Source: Bacteroidota bacterium
GTDB lineage: Bacteria; Bacteroidota; Bacteroidia; Bacteroidales; CG2-30-32-10
Assembly: GCA_043801235.1 (NCBI GenBank)
Contig: JAZDMF010000312.1
Span: 1-43,526 of the forward strand
Reading direction: 5' to 3'
Length of the DNA stretch: 43,526 bases
Shown piece after piece: positions 1-9,642 of the stretch. The notes below the pieces were generated by a model that had not been told where the DNA came from, searched no databases, and saw only the letters and a list, made by a program, of their open reading frames with translations. Position numbers and translations under genes: made by a program. Each line of letters begins with the position of its first letter. Position 1 is the first letter of the stretch.

Positions 1-71
1 TCATGTTTTTATGTTTTAGCATCCAATCATCATAATTTATTTATCTTTACGCTTCAATTAATACAGGCTCT

Positions 72-1304
72 ATGGATATTCTGGCCATCAAACAGCGTTT
101 CGGAATTATTGGCAGTTCATCATTGCTCGACCGTGCTATTGATATAGCCAAACAGGTAGCGCCTACAGAACTCACGGTTCTGATTTACGGTGAAAGTGGA
201 ACAGGGAAGGAAGTATTTCCAAAAATAATACATCATTTAAGTTCACGTAAGCATGGACCTTATATAGCAGTAAACTGTGGCGCAATTCCGGAGGGAACTA
301 TTGATTCCGAATTATTCGGGCATGAGAAAGGTTCATTTACAGGAGCCCATGAAGCCCGCAAAGGTTATTTTGAAGAAGTAAACAAAGGAACGATTTTTCT
401 TGATGAAGTCGCCGAATTGCCTTTATCCACGCAGGTAAGACTTTTGAGAGTGCTTGAATCCGGTGAATTTATGAAAGTAGGCTCATCAAAAGTGATAAAG
501 ACCGATGTGCGTGTGGTGGCAGCAACCAATGTAAGCATTCCTGATGCAATCAGCCGCGGAAAGTTCAGGGAAGACCTTTATTACAGGCTGAATACCGTTC
601 CAATTCATATTCCATCATTAAGGGAAAGGAAAGAAGATACTGTTTTATTGTTCCGGAAATTTGCTTCTGATTTTGCCCAGGCATACAGGATGCCTTCACT
701 GCAGCTCGACAGCGAAGCACAGCAGATTCTCGAAAACTACCGCTGGCCGGGAAATGTACGGCAACTGAAAAATGTTACCGAGCAGATTTCAATCATTGAA
801 AGCAACCACAATATTAATGCTCACACCCTTGTAAAATACCTGCCGCAACAGCATTCAACCGACCTTCCTGTTCTTTTCCGCCCTGAAGGAATTTCACCCG
901 ACATGTCGGAAAGAGACATACTCTATAAAATCCTTTTCGACATGAAAAAGGATATAAACGAACTGAAAAAGGTAGTTTATAATGTTATTGAAAATCCCGC
1001 AGAAGTCATGAACACGAGGGGAAATGATTCGCAGGCGGTGAAAAAAACATATGATGATTTCAAACCCCTGATGGATCAGGATTCGGGTATTACCATTCAT
1101 GCCAAGTCAAGCGGAAATAATAACGAACCCATTGAAGATTCGGAGGTTATTGAAGAATCATTTTCTTTGCAGAAAAAAGAAGAAGACATGATTCGCCGCG
1201 CACTTGAAAAGCACCGCGGGCGGAGAAAGAATGCAGCGCATGACCTTGGAATTTCTGAGCGTACGCTTTACAGGAAAATAAAAGAATACGGAATTGAATT
1301 ATGA
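72..1304 (+). CDS. sigma-54-dependent transcriptional activator (bacterial enhancer-binding protein): AAA+ core plus C-terminal Fis-type HTH, no N-terminal sensor/receiver domain
   Basis: Walker A GESGTGKE, Walker B FLDEVAEL, GAFTGA loop present as GSFTGA, C-terminal HTH AAHDLGISERTLYRKIKEYGI. The AAA+ core begins about 15 aa after the ATG. Confidence 0.9.
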   Translation: MDILAIKQRFGIIGSSSLLDRAIDIAKQVAPTELTVLIYGESGTGKEVFPKIIHHLSSRKHGPYIAVNCGAIPEGTIDSELFGHEKGSFTGAHEARKGYFEEVNKGTIFLDEVAELPLSTQVRLLRVLESGEFMKVGSSKVIKTDVRVVAATNVSIPDAISRGKFREDLYYRLNTVPIHIPSLRERKEDTVLLFRKFASDFAQAYRMPSLQLDSEAQQILENYRWPGNVRQLKNVTEQISIIESNHNINAHTLVKYLPQQHSTDLPVLFRPEGISPDMSERDILYKILFDMKKDINELKKVVYNVIENPAEVMNTRGNDSQAVKKTYDDFKPLMDQDSGITIHAKSSGNNNEPIEDSEVIEESFSLQKKEEDMIRRALEKHRGRRKNAAHDLGISERTLYRKIKEYGIEL

Positions 1305-1810
1305 GGCTTTCAAAAATAATTATAAGCATTTCTCTATTTGCGCTTATTTGCGGCTGCCGCTTTGTAAATTATTCATTTGTCGGCGGTAATCTTGACCCCG
1401 CAATCAAATCAATTTCCATACAGTATTTTCCTAACAATGCGTCCATTGTTCAGCCTTCCCTGAGCCAGACGTTCACAGAAGCTCTGCGTGATAAGTTTTC
1501 ATCGCAAACAAAACTTACTTCAGTGAGCCGTGGCGGCGATCTGAATATTGAGGGATACATAACAGGGTATTCAACTGCACCTATAGCAATTCAGGGAGAC
1601 GAAACAGCCGCAATGAACAGGCTCACCATTATTGTGAGTGTGAAATTCACAAACAAGCTTGACGAAAAGCAAAACTTCGAACAAGACTTTTTGCGCTATG
1701 CCGATTATCTGAGTACGCTGAACCTTTCATCGGTTGAGGAAACTCTGATAAAGCAGATAAATGATCAGTTGGTGGAAGATATTTTTAATAAAGCTGTCGT
1801 TAACTGGTAA
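1301..1810 (+). CDS. lptE: LptE-family LPS-assembly lipoprotein (Bacteroidota type)
   Basis: ATGA start/stop overlap with the upstream gene. Signal peptide ends in a lipobox-like LICGC. The pattern YSFxGG ... ITGY..AP.A ... NRLTI.VSVKF.N ... VEDIFNKAVVNW matches my recollection of Bacteroidota LptE-family proteins. Confidence 0.7.
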   Translation: MRLSKIIISISLFALICGCRFVNYSFVGGNLDPAIKSISIQYFPNNASIVQPSLSQTFTEALRDKFSSQTKLTSVSRGGDLNIEGYITGYSTAPIAIQGDETAAMNRLTIIVSVKFTNKLDEKQNFEQDFLRYADYLSTLNLSSVEETLIKQINDQLVEDIFNKAVVNW

Positions 1811-1812
1811 TC

Positions 1813-2379
1813 ATGAATGCTGCCGAGTTTGCAAAATATTTAGATTCAGATAAAAAACCCGATGTAAATGCAATTCCCGTAATTGAAGAACTTCTGAAAA
1901 AATATCCCTTTTCTTCATGCCTGCATATGCTTTATACAAAGATGCTCAAGGTTTCAGAAAGTACGGAAACAGAAAAATATATTGAAAAAGCAGCAGTATA
2001 TATTAATGACCGGAAATTTTTTTTCCGTTACATGAATGACATGCCGGAAGAGTCAATTATTATACAGCAAGCTGTTTCGGTATATAATCTCGAACTTAAA
2101 GAAAGCGAAATAACGGAAGATGGCGGTCAGCAAAACGATCTGATAAGCAAATTTCTTAATGAAAAGCCGGTTTTTGTTTTAAAAAATGAAGCCTGTAACG
2201 AACCTGATGAATCTGTCTGCGATCCGGAAATAATATCAGAAACCCTTGCCGAAATTTATCTTAAACAGGGCAAAACAGATATGGCATTAAATACTTATAA
2301 AAAATTATGTTTGAAATTTCCGGAAAAAAGCAGTTACTTTGCAGCCCGAATTGAAAAAATTACAAAAGGGAATATATAA
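1813..2379 (+). CDS. conserved hypothetical protein with a TPR-like C-terminal segment
   Basis: Clean 188-aa ORF packed 2 nt after lptE and 12 nt before secG. C-terminus LAEIYLKQGKTDMALNTYKKLCLKFPEKSSYF looks like a single TPR. No function is recognisable. Confidence 0.6.
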   Translation: MNAAEFAKYLDSDKKPDVNAIPVIEELLKKYPFSSCLHMLYTKMLKVSESTETEKYIEKAAVYINDRKFFFRYMNDMPEESIIIQQAVSVYNLELKESEITEDGGQQNDLISKFLNEKPVFVLKNEACNEPDESVCDPEIISETLAEIYLKQGKTDMALNTYKKLCLKFPEKSSYFAARIEKITKGNI

Positions 2380-2391
2380 AAAATTAATAAT

Positions 2392-2718
2392 ATGGGAGCA
2401 TTTATTTTTATTTCTGTTCTGATACTTATTGTTTGTATTTTGCTGATCCTGGTAGTATTGGTTCAGAATTCCAAAGGTGGCGGACTGGCTTCGAACTTCA
2501 GTTCTTCAAACCAGATTATGGGTGTCCGGAAAACTGCCGATTTCCTTGAAAAAGCCACATGGACGCTGGCAGTAGCTCTTCTTGTACTTAGTCTTGTTAC
2601 AATTTTTGTTATACCACGCAGTACCGGAACTGCCCAGGGGGGCACATTGCAGGAAAGTATTGAAAACACTACACCGGCGGCAGATGACTACCAGGCGCCT
2701 CCTGAAAAAACAGAATAA
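2392..2718 (+). CDS. secG: preprotein translocase subunit SecG
   Basis: Two TM segments with the characteristic LVVLVQNSKGGGL motif after TM1, and typical size. Confidence 0.85.
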   Translation: MGAFIFISVLILIVCILLILVVLVQNSKGGGLASNFSSSNQIMGVRKTADFLEKATWTLAVALLVLSLVTIFVIPRSTGTAQGGTLQESIENTTPAADDYQAPPEKTE

Positions 2719-2744
2719 TATATTTAATGAAACAAAATATGTAA

Positions 2745-2778
2745 TGTCAGAATGTCATTAGATTCTGACATTTTTTTT
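2745..2778 (+). terminator. Rho-independent terminator after secG
   Basis: Perfect 9-bp stem TGTCAGAAT (2745-2753) / ATTCTGACA (2762-2770), 8-nt loop, then T8 (2771-2778). Confidence 0.8.
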
Positions 2779-2910
2779 ATACAAAATCGGAAACGCTGAA
2801 AAATTGTCCTTTAAAAAACCAGAAATTGATTTGGCATAGAAAATGACAAGGACGTATCCTATATTTTCTACTTAAAAAATTATTGTTAAACTTATAAAAA
2901 TTTAAAAATT

Positions 2911-3189
2911 ATGGCAAAATTAAACATTAAACCTTTAGCTGACAGAGTATTGGTTGAGCCGGCAGCTGCTGAAGAAAAAACCGCTGGCGGAATTATCATT
3001 CCTGACACAGCAAAAGAAAAACCACAGAAAGGCACTATAGTAGCTGTGGGACCGGGGAAAAAAGATGAACCAACTACTGTTAAAGTTGGCGACAGCGTAC
3101 TTTACGGAAAATATGCCGGTACCGAAATCAGCGTTGATGGTAAGGAATATCTTATCATGAAAGAATCGGACATATATGCAATAGTGTAA
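2911..3189 (+). CDS. groES: co-chaperonin GroES
   Basis: 92 aa. [10 protein letters not shown]..., mobile loop [20 protein letters not shown], sits immediately upstream of groEL. Confidence 0.97.
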   Translation: MAKLNIKPLADRVLVEPAAAEEKTAGGIIIPDTAKEKPQKGTIVAVGPGKKDEPTTVKVGDSVLYGKYAGTEISVDGKEYLIMKESDIYAIV

Positions 3190-3221
3190 TTAATTATTCA
3201 TGAACTTATAAAAAACCATAA

Positions 3222-4856
<1,635 letters not shown>

Positions 4857-4864
4857 AAAATAAT

Positions 4865-4906
4865 ATGTAAGATGTATGATGTCAAATGGAAAATGTCAAA
4901 TGTGTT
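4865..4906. repeat. six in-phase heptanucleotide units (ATGNNNN)
   Basis: ATGTAAG ATGTATG ATGTCAA ATGGAAA ATGTCAA ATGTGTT read consecutively from 4865. Confidence 0.8.
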
Positions 4907-4970
4907 GCATGATACTGAAATTTGATATACGTCACTTGGCATTCAGATAAAAATATTAAAATGCAGTGAA

Positions 4971-4999
4971 AGCCGTTTCAGCAATGAAGCGGCTTTTTT
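4971..4999. terminator. hairpin terminator between convergent groEL (+) and the PmbA-like gene (-)
   Basis: 10-bp stem AGCCGTTTCA / TGAAGCGGCT with one G-U pair, GCAA tetraloop, then T6 (4994-4999). A short A-run lies on the 5' side. Confidence 0.75.
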
Positions 5000-5034
5000 G
5001 AATTATCCGATATTAGACTGAGTGATTTATAATT

Positions 5035-6861
5035 TCATTTTATTTTACTGAGCGGATTGCTGACAACCGGGATATTCTTAACAACACCTTGCTTTTCTTT
5101 CACAATATCCAATTCCTGAAATAAAAGGCCTTGGGGCAAAATAAAGCTTGCAGGTATGCCGGATAATTTATACTCCCAATTGTAAAGATCACTATTAACA
5201 GGCATTACCATTGTATTATAAACCTGCATTTCAGATGAGGTCGCTAATAATCTTTTAAATGATTTTGTGCTGAGTCCCTGGACTTCCGCAAAACTAACCA
5301 GTTCTTCACTCCCGTCTGATACTTTCACCCGGTAAACCTGTATTGTCTTTGAGAGATCTGTTTTAGGTTTTGCTGCGCCAAAGTAGCTAATGCTGTTTTC
5401 GTTTTCAATGCCTGCTGCATCAGAAACAACTTTTCTGACAATATATGCGTATTCCAGATCCTCTTCTTTAGCAGCAGCTATAAGCATTTCTTTTATTTTT
5501 TTCATGTCAACAGATGTTACAGGGTTGTTATTGGTCATTTTTATTACACCGGGTCCGGTAACTGTTTTTATCCCTCCGTTGCTTAATGCGGCACGGGCAT
5601 GACCATTGCTTTGCTTCATTTTTAATGTAGGAGTTCTGCTGCTAAGCAAATTTTTAAGTACTCCGTTTTCGACCAGCATTAAAGTATCCGGCGCTTTAAC
5701 TCCTTCTGCATCTATAATAAAACTACCGACCAAAGACGTGTTTTGAAAAGTAGTAAGTGCAGGAAGCGCTTCAATAGTGATGTCTCTTGAAATTATTTTT
5801 TTATTCATCATTGCTTCAAGAGTGTTTTCTTTAACCTTATCTGGATACCAACTTATAATTTGTTCACTTCCTACAACGGGTTTTCTTATGGAAACCAACC
5901 CGTCAACATTAGCAAAAAACTTTTGCACAAAAACTTCTGCAGCAGCCTGCCCTTCGAATAAAATTGGTCCGCAATAGGGTTCGCTGATTGCATTTTTTTC
6001 AGTTAATTCCGATAAATTCTCTGCCATCTTTTCAACTTCGGCAAGCATTGTTTTTTCATCGGGCAATTGCGACGTGTTTTTACAAAACCACAAAACATGA
6101 TCGTTTAAAACCTCTCCGCTGGGAGCTTGCGTTGTGGCAACTACTTTAACGGATACAACCTGCAAAGGATATTGCACCGATGTTTCTTCGCTATTTGCAA
6201 AATATACCTGCCCATCGTAAGCAAAAACATTCACATCAGATTGCTGGATTTTAGTGTATTTTTTTAAAACAGAAGAAAGATTTTTGGCAAGGCTTTCCAT
6301 TTTGGTTTTATTGATCTGAAAACTTTGATAGGATATAACCGTATCTGATTTTGTTGCCGGGCAAAAATCAAGTAACAGCTTTTCTTCTTCGGTAAGACTT
6401 TGCTGGCTCAATGCAGAGATTTTAGCTTCATAATTTGTGATAGCATCTTTGTAATTATTATCTGTGAATAGCCAGAATGCCCTGCGGATACCATTTTTAT
6501 TAAATGAGAAAGGAACTTCGTTGCTATACTCACTCCATGACCACATGTTATTTTCATCGAGATAATTTTCGTTGGTTTTTCCGTTTTCGCCAACGAGTAC
6601 GCGATTTTCGAACAATCTGAAAGGACGCTCTTCTGATATAACAATAGCTCCCAGAATTGCCTTTATCTGTAATGCTTTTGCATCGGATATGCTGTAACTA
6701 ATAAATGATGGCGAAAGCATTTTTTCAATTTTAAGGCTATCCATTCCTCTTTGTATTTCTTGTTTCATGGCATTAACAAATACACTGTCCTGGGCCATGT
6801 TAAATTTTGCTGTAAATATTATAATTACAACTATTATTAAATATGTTTTTATCTTGTTCAT
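5035..6861 (-). CDS. exported TldE/PmbA-like protein (TldD/PmbA superfamily, no HExxxH motif)
   Basis: N-terminal signal peptide MNKIKTYLIIVVIIIFTAKFNMAQ. C-terminal region (NGHARAA..., GP...) parallels the neighbouring TldD-like protein. It reads FEGQAAAEVFVQKFF where the partner has FFHEIFGH. Confidence 0.7.
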   Translation of the reverse strand: MNKIKTYLIIVVIIIFTAKFNMAQDSVFVNAMKQEIQRGMDSLKIEKMLSPSFISYSISDAKALQIKAILGAIVISEERPFRLFENRVLVGENGKTNENYLDENNMWSWSEYSNEVPFSFNKNGIRRAFWLFTDNNYKDAITNYEAKISALSQQSLTEEEKLLLDFCPATKSDTVISYQSFQINKTKMESLAKNLSSVLKKYTKIQQSDVNVFAYDGQVYFANSEETSVQYPLQVVSVKVVATTQAPSGEVLNDHVLWFCKNTSQLPDEKTMLAEVEKMAENLSELTEKNAISEPYCGPILFEGQAAAEVFVQKFFANVDGLVSIRKPVVGSEQIISWYPDKVKENTLEAMMNKKIISRDITIEALPALTTFQNTSLVGSFIIDAEGVKAPDTLMLVENGVLKNLLSSRTPTLKMKQSNGHARAALSNGGIKTVTGPGVIKMTNNNPVTSVDMKKIKEMLIAAAKEEDLEYAYIVRKVVSDAAGIENENSISYFGAAKPKTDLSKTIQVYRVKVSDGSEELVSFAEVQGLSTKSFKRLLATSSEMQVYNTMVMPVNSDLYNWEYKLSGIPASFILPQGLLFQELDIVKEKQGVVKNIPVVSNPLSKIK

Positions 6862-6886
6862 ATATTTTCTTTTTTTGCGGTTATTA

Positions 6887-8557
6887 TTACGGTCTTGTTA
6901 AGATTGGTAATTTGGTTTGATTTTTTGCTTTGCGTTGGGTTTCTATTTGTTTTACAAACAATGTCGGGCAAACGGTCGATACAGGAACTGAACCTGATTC
7001 TGCTCCGCAAAACCCTGTGAACAGGTCATAATCATCGCCAGCTGCTTCAATATTTGAGAAAATAGATAAAGGTGTTCCGACTAAATCAACTCCACGGACC
7101 AATTCATCCGGCCTGCCATCGACATAAATTCTATATACTTCGGTAGGAGTAACGTTAAATGCATTTGGTATATATCTGCCTGTCATTGTAAAGCCACCTA
7201 CAGTACTAACAAACCAATATCCATATTCTTTCCCTTGCTTTTTTGCTTCATCAATTAAAGCTTGTCTCAATTGTTCTGTCGTTAATGGTTTCTTAGATTC
7301 AACAAACATATTCGATTGACGACTCACGGCTTGCATTCCAGCCTGCGCTCTTCCGTGACCATTCGAATTGTTAAATCCTTCTATCGGAGTTCTCGACATT
7401 AAAAAGTTCTTCAATATTCCATTCTCTATAATTACTATCTTTTTTCCTGGTTGTCCCTGATCATCGTACTTATATGCTCCATTTAAAAATAATTTTTTAA
7501 ATTTAGAAATTGTGGGATCAAAAATTATAGACAGATCTTCGTTTAACACTTTTTCGCCTACTTTTTTCTTAAAAGTTTGAGCATCACTCTCGTCTTTCAA
7601 ACGCTGCCCTTCTATCCTGTGCCCGAAAATCTCATGAAAAAAAACTCCTGCTGATGCAGCAGATAATAAAGCCGGTCCTGTATATGAATCAACAACCGGA
7701 GCTGATCTTAATTTAGTCAGCGTTTCACTTAATTTTTTAGTTCCACTTATAATAATTTCATCCGATGGCAAATCGCTATGATAAAATCCGAAGTAACTGT
7801 TATATAACGGCAGATCCATTCCGTCGTCAGCCTGAGTTTTGCCATATACCATTACTCTGCAGGTAACTCTGTTTTCGGTAATATTGCTGCCATCGTTTGA
7901 TACAAAATATTTTCTTTCAATAATATAAGTGAAATTAGCCGTACCTTCAATTACATCTTTATTTTGAAGAAATATTGCTGAATAGCTTTTAAGTTTTGCT
8001 TCCCATGAAATGCTATCAAAAGCAATATCTGTTTCATTTAGCGGGGCTTCGTTATATACTACTGGCTTTTCTTTACTGAAATCATTCGATTTGTCTTCGT
8101 CTTCCACCTTCACAGCAATATTGGCTAATACCTTTGCATATAAATCGGCCGATTTGCGATATTGTTTATCAGTTTCTTTCCATAAAACCTGTTTGATTCC
8201 GGCCGGTACATTTTCAATGGGAAGATCAATTCCGCTGTCCCAGTCAAACCAACCGTAATCTTCTCCTTTTATCGGATGGTTATTGTCAATGGTATCATTA
8301 CCTACCCTGACTTGCACACACAACTTGCGTTTATGCGACCAGCCTGATTTAATAATTTGTCCAAATGATGTTTCAATGGAATAGGTTTTAACATCATTCA
8401 CACGATACGAAAGATAATATGGCGCTGTCTTTTCTTTAATTAAGGTATCCATATTTCTGCTGAGCTCTTCTTTCAGTATATTTGGTAATGAATCTTGCGA
8501 AATTGCCGTAACCGAAAGTAAGAATCCAAGAAGGAATAAATAAATTATTTTTTTCAT
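6887..8557 (-). CDS. exported TldD-like zinc metallopeptidase
   Basis: Signal peptide MKKIIYLFLLGFLLSVTAISQ. HExxxH-type motif FFHEIFGHRIEG, SNGHGRA and GFCG...G motifs typical of the TldD family. 25-nt gap to the downstream partner gene. Confidence 0.75.
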   Translation of the reverse strand: MKKIIYLFLLGFLLSVTAISQDSLPNILKEELSRNMDTLIKEKTAPYYLSYRVNDVKTYSIETSFGQIIKSGWSHKRKLCVQVRVGNDTIDNNHPIKGEDYGWFDWDSGIDLPIENVPAGIKQVLWKETDKQYRKSADLYAKVLANIAVKVEDEDKSNDFSKEKPVVYNEAPLNETDIAFDSISWEAKLKSYSAIFLQNKDVIEGTANFTYIIERKYFVSNDGSNITENRVTCRVMVYGKTQADDGMDLPLYNSYFGFYHSDLPSDEIIISGTKKLSETLTKLRSAPVVDSYTGPALLSAASAGVFFHEIFGHRIEGQRLKDESDAQTFKKKVGEKVLNEDLSIIFDPTISKFKKLFLNGAYKYDDQGQPGKKIVIIENGILKNFLMSRTPIEGFNNSNGHGRAQAGMQAVSRQSNMFVESKKPLTTEQLRQALIDEAKKQGKEYGYWFVSTVGGFTMTGRYIPNAFNVTPTEVYRIYVDGRPDELVRGVDLVGTPLSIFSNIEAAGDDYDLFTGFCGAESGSVPVSTVCPTLFVKQIETQRKAKNQTKLPILTRP

Positions 8558-8757
8558 GTGTGTTATGTTTGTAAATAATTTCCTGATAAATTAGTTGCTT
8601 ATAAAAAGAGTTTCCTCTGATTCACTGTTTGTAAAAATAACAAATTAATTTAAGATGATTATTATTCCTTTTCTGTTTTATCAATGAACCCTGACTTATT
8701 TCCCGCTTCACATCATATTGAATTTATTTATACGGTTATATTATACCATGTGTGGTC

Positions 8758-8862
8758 ATAATTTGAGTTTTACATTATATTCCCTCTTTGCTCGTTTACC
8801 TGCCGATTGGGTATGGCAGAGAGGGATTCAGGGGGAGAAAAAAAAATACAAAACTCAAATTA
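8758..8862. other. 105-nt nested-hairpin element (candidate small RNA or MITE-like element)
   Basis: Perfect 14-bp inverted repeat ATAATTTGAGTTTT (8758-8771) / AAAACTCAAATTAT (8849-8862). It encloses inner pairings TCCCTCT (8781-8787)/AGAGGGA (8820-8826) and CTGCC (8800-8804)/GGCAG (8815-8819). Confidence 0.5.
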
Positions 8863-8945
8863 TAACGGGCTCTCGTATATCATTAGAGTATTCCAAAGAT
8901 AAAAAAATATATCCTCGTAAATGCAATATCAGAATTCAGAGATAT

Positions 8946-8976
8946 TAAACATTTAACATTTGCCATTTGACATCAT
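8946..8976. repeat. heptad tract TAAACAT TTAACAT TTGCCAT TTGACAT, an inverted copy of the 4876-4906 tract
   Basis: The reverse complement ATGATGTCAAATGGCAAATGTTAAATGTTTA matches 4876-4906 at 27 of 31 positions by hand alignment. Confidence 0.7.
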
Positions 8977-9020
8977 AATATGTTAATCCTTTTTATCTTT
9001 GAAATAATAATTTAGAATTC

Positions 9021-9055
9021 TGCAACCCTTTATTTTTTTTTCTGTCTTTTAATTC
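9021..9055 (+). promoter_or_regulatory. ECF-type promoter upstream of the ECF sigma gene (probable autoregulation)
   Basis: TGCAACCCTTT, an 11-nt spacer, then TGTCTTTTAATTC. AAC (9024-9026) and GTC (9044-9046) are 17 nt apart. The same two blocks recur with identical spacing at 11642-11676. Confidence 0.65.
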
Positions 9056-9066
9056 ACGAAAGGTAA

Positions 9067-9642
9067 ATGCATTTGGCCGAAAGTGTGGTTGATATCAATA
9101 AGGCTATAGTGGAGCAATGCCTGCAGGGCGATCGTCATGCACAGCATAAGCTGTACAAGCTGTATGCAAAAGGCATGTTCAACATTTGCCTGCGTATGCT
9201 GGTTACGCGCGAAGAAGCCGAAGACATGCTGCAGGAATGTTTTGCCGAAGCCTTTCAACGACTTAAAACATTTCGTTTTGAATCGACCTTTGGAGCCTGG
9301 CTGAAACAAATTGTAGTAAACCGATGCATTAATGAAATGAAAAGGAAAAAAGCAGATTTAGAATATTATGATGACATTGAATCGTGTGACATTCCAATGG
9401 AGGCTGATGACCACCCTTCAGAATACGAATTGGCGCTTAGCGTGGAAAACGTAAAAAAAGCCATGCATGAATTGCCTGACGGAAGCAGAACTATTTTTTC
9501 GTTATATCTGCTGGAAGGTTATGATCATGTGGAAATAGCGCAGATAATGAATATCACAGAATCAACATCAAAATCACAATACATGCGGGCGAGGCAAAGA
9601 GTGAAAGAAATTTTAATACAAATGAATCATGAAAGAAGATAA
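9067..9642 (+). CDS. RNA polymerase ECF-type sigma-70 family factor
   Basis: 191 aa. Region 2 (YKLYAKGMFNICLRML...AEDMLQECF) and region 4 HTH (GYDHVEIAQIMNITESTSKSQYMRARQRV). Confidence 0.9.
   Translation: MHLAESVVDINKAIVEQCLQGDRHAQHKLYKLYAKGMFNICLRMLVTREEAEDMLQECFAEAFQRLKTFRFESTFGAWLKQIVVNRCINEMKRKKADLEYYDDIESCDIPMEADDHPSEYELALSVENVKKAMHELPDGSRTIFSLYLLEGYDHVEIAQIMNITESTSKSQYMRARQRVKEILIQMNHERR

Noticed and set aside
2779-2910. CIRCE-type heat-shock operator upstream of groES
   Set aside because: No TTAGCACTC-N9-GAGTGCTAA-like inverted repeat is present. There is only a weak -7-like TTGATTTG at 2826-2833.
8718-8948. 76-aa plus-strand ORF in the TldD/ECF gap
   Set aside because: It has a TTG start and no protein-like features, and it runs straight through the 105-nt nested hairpin and an A-run. 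The region is better explained as non-coding structure.
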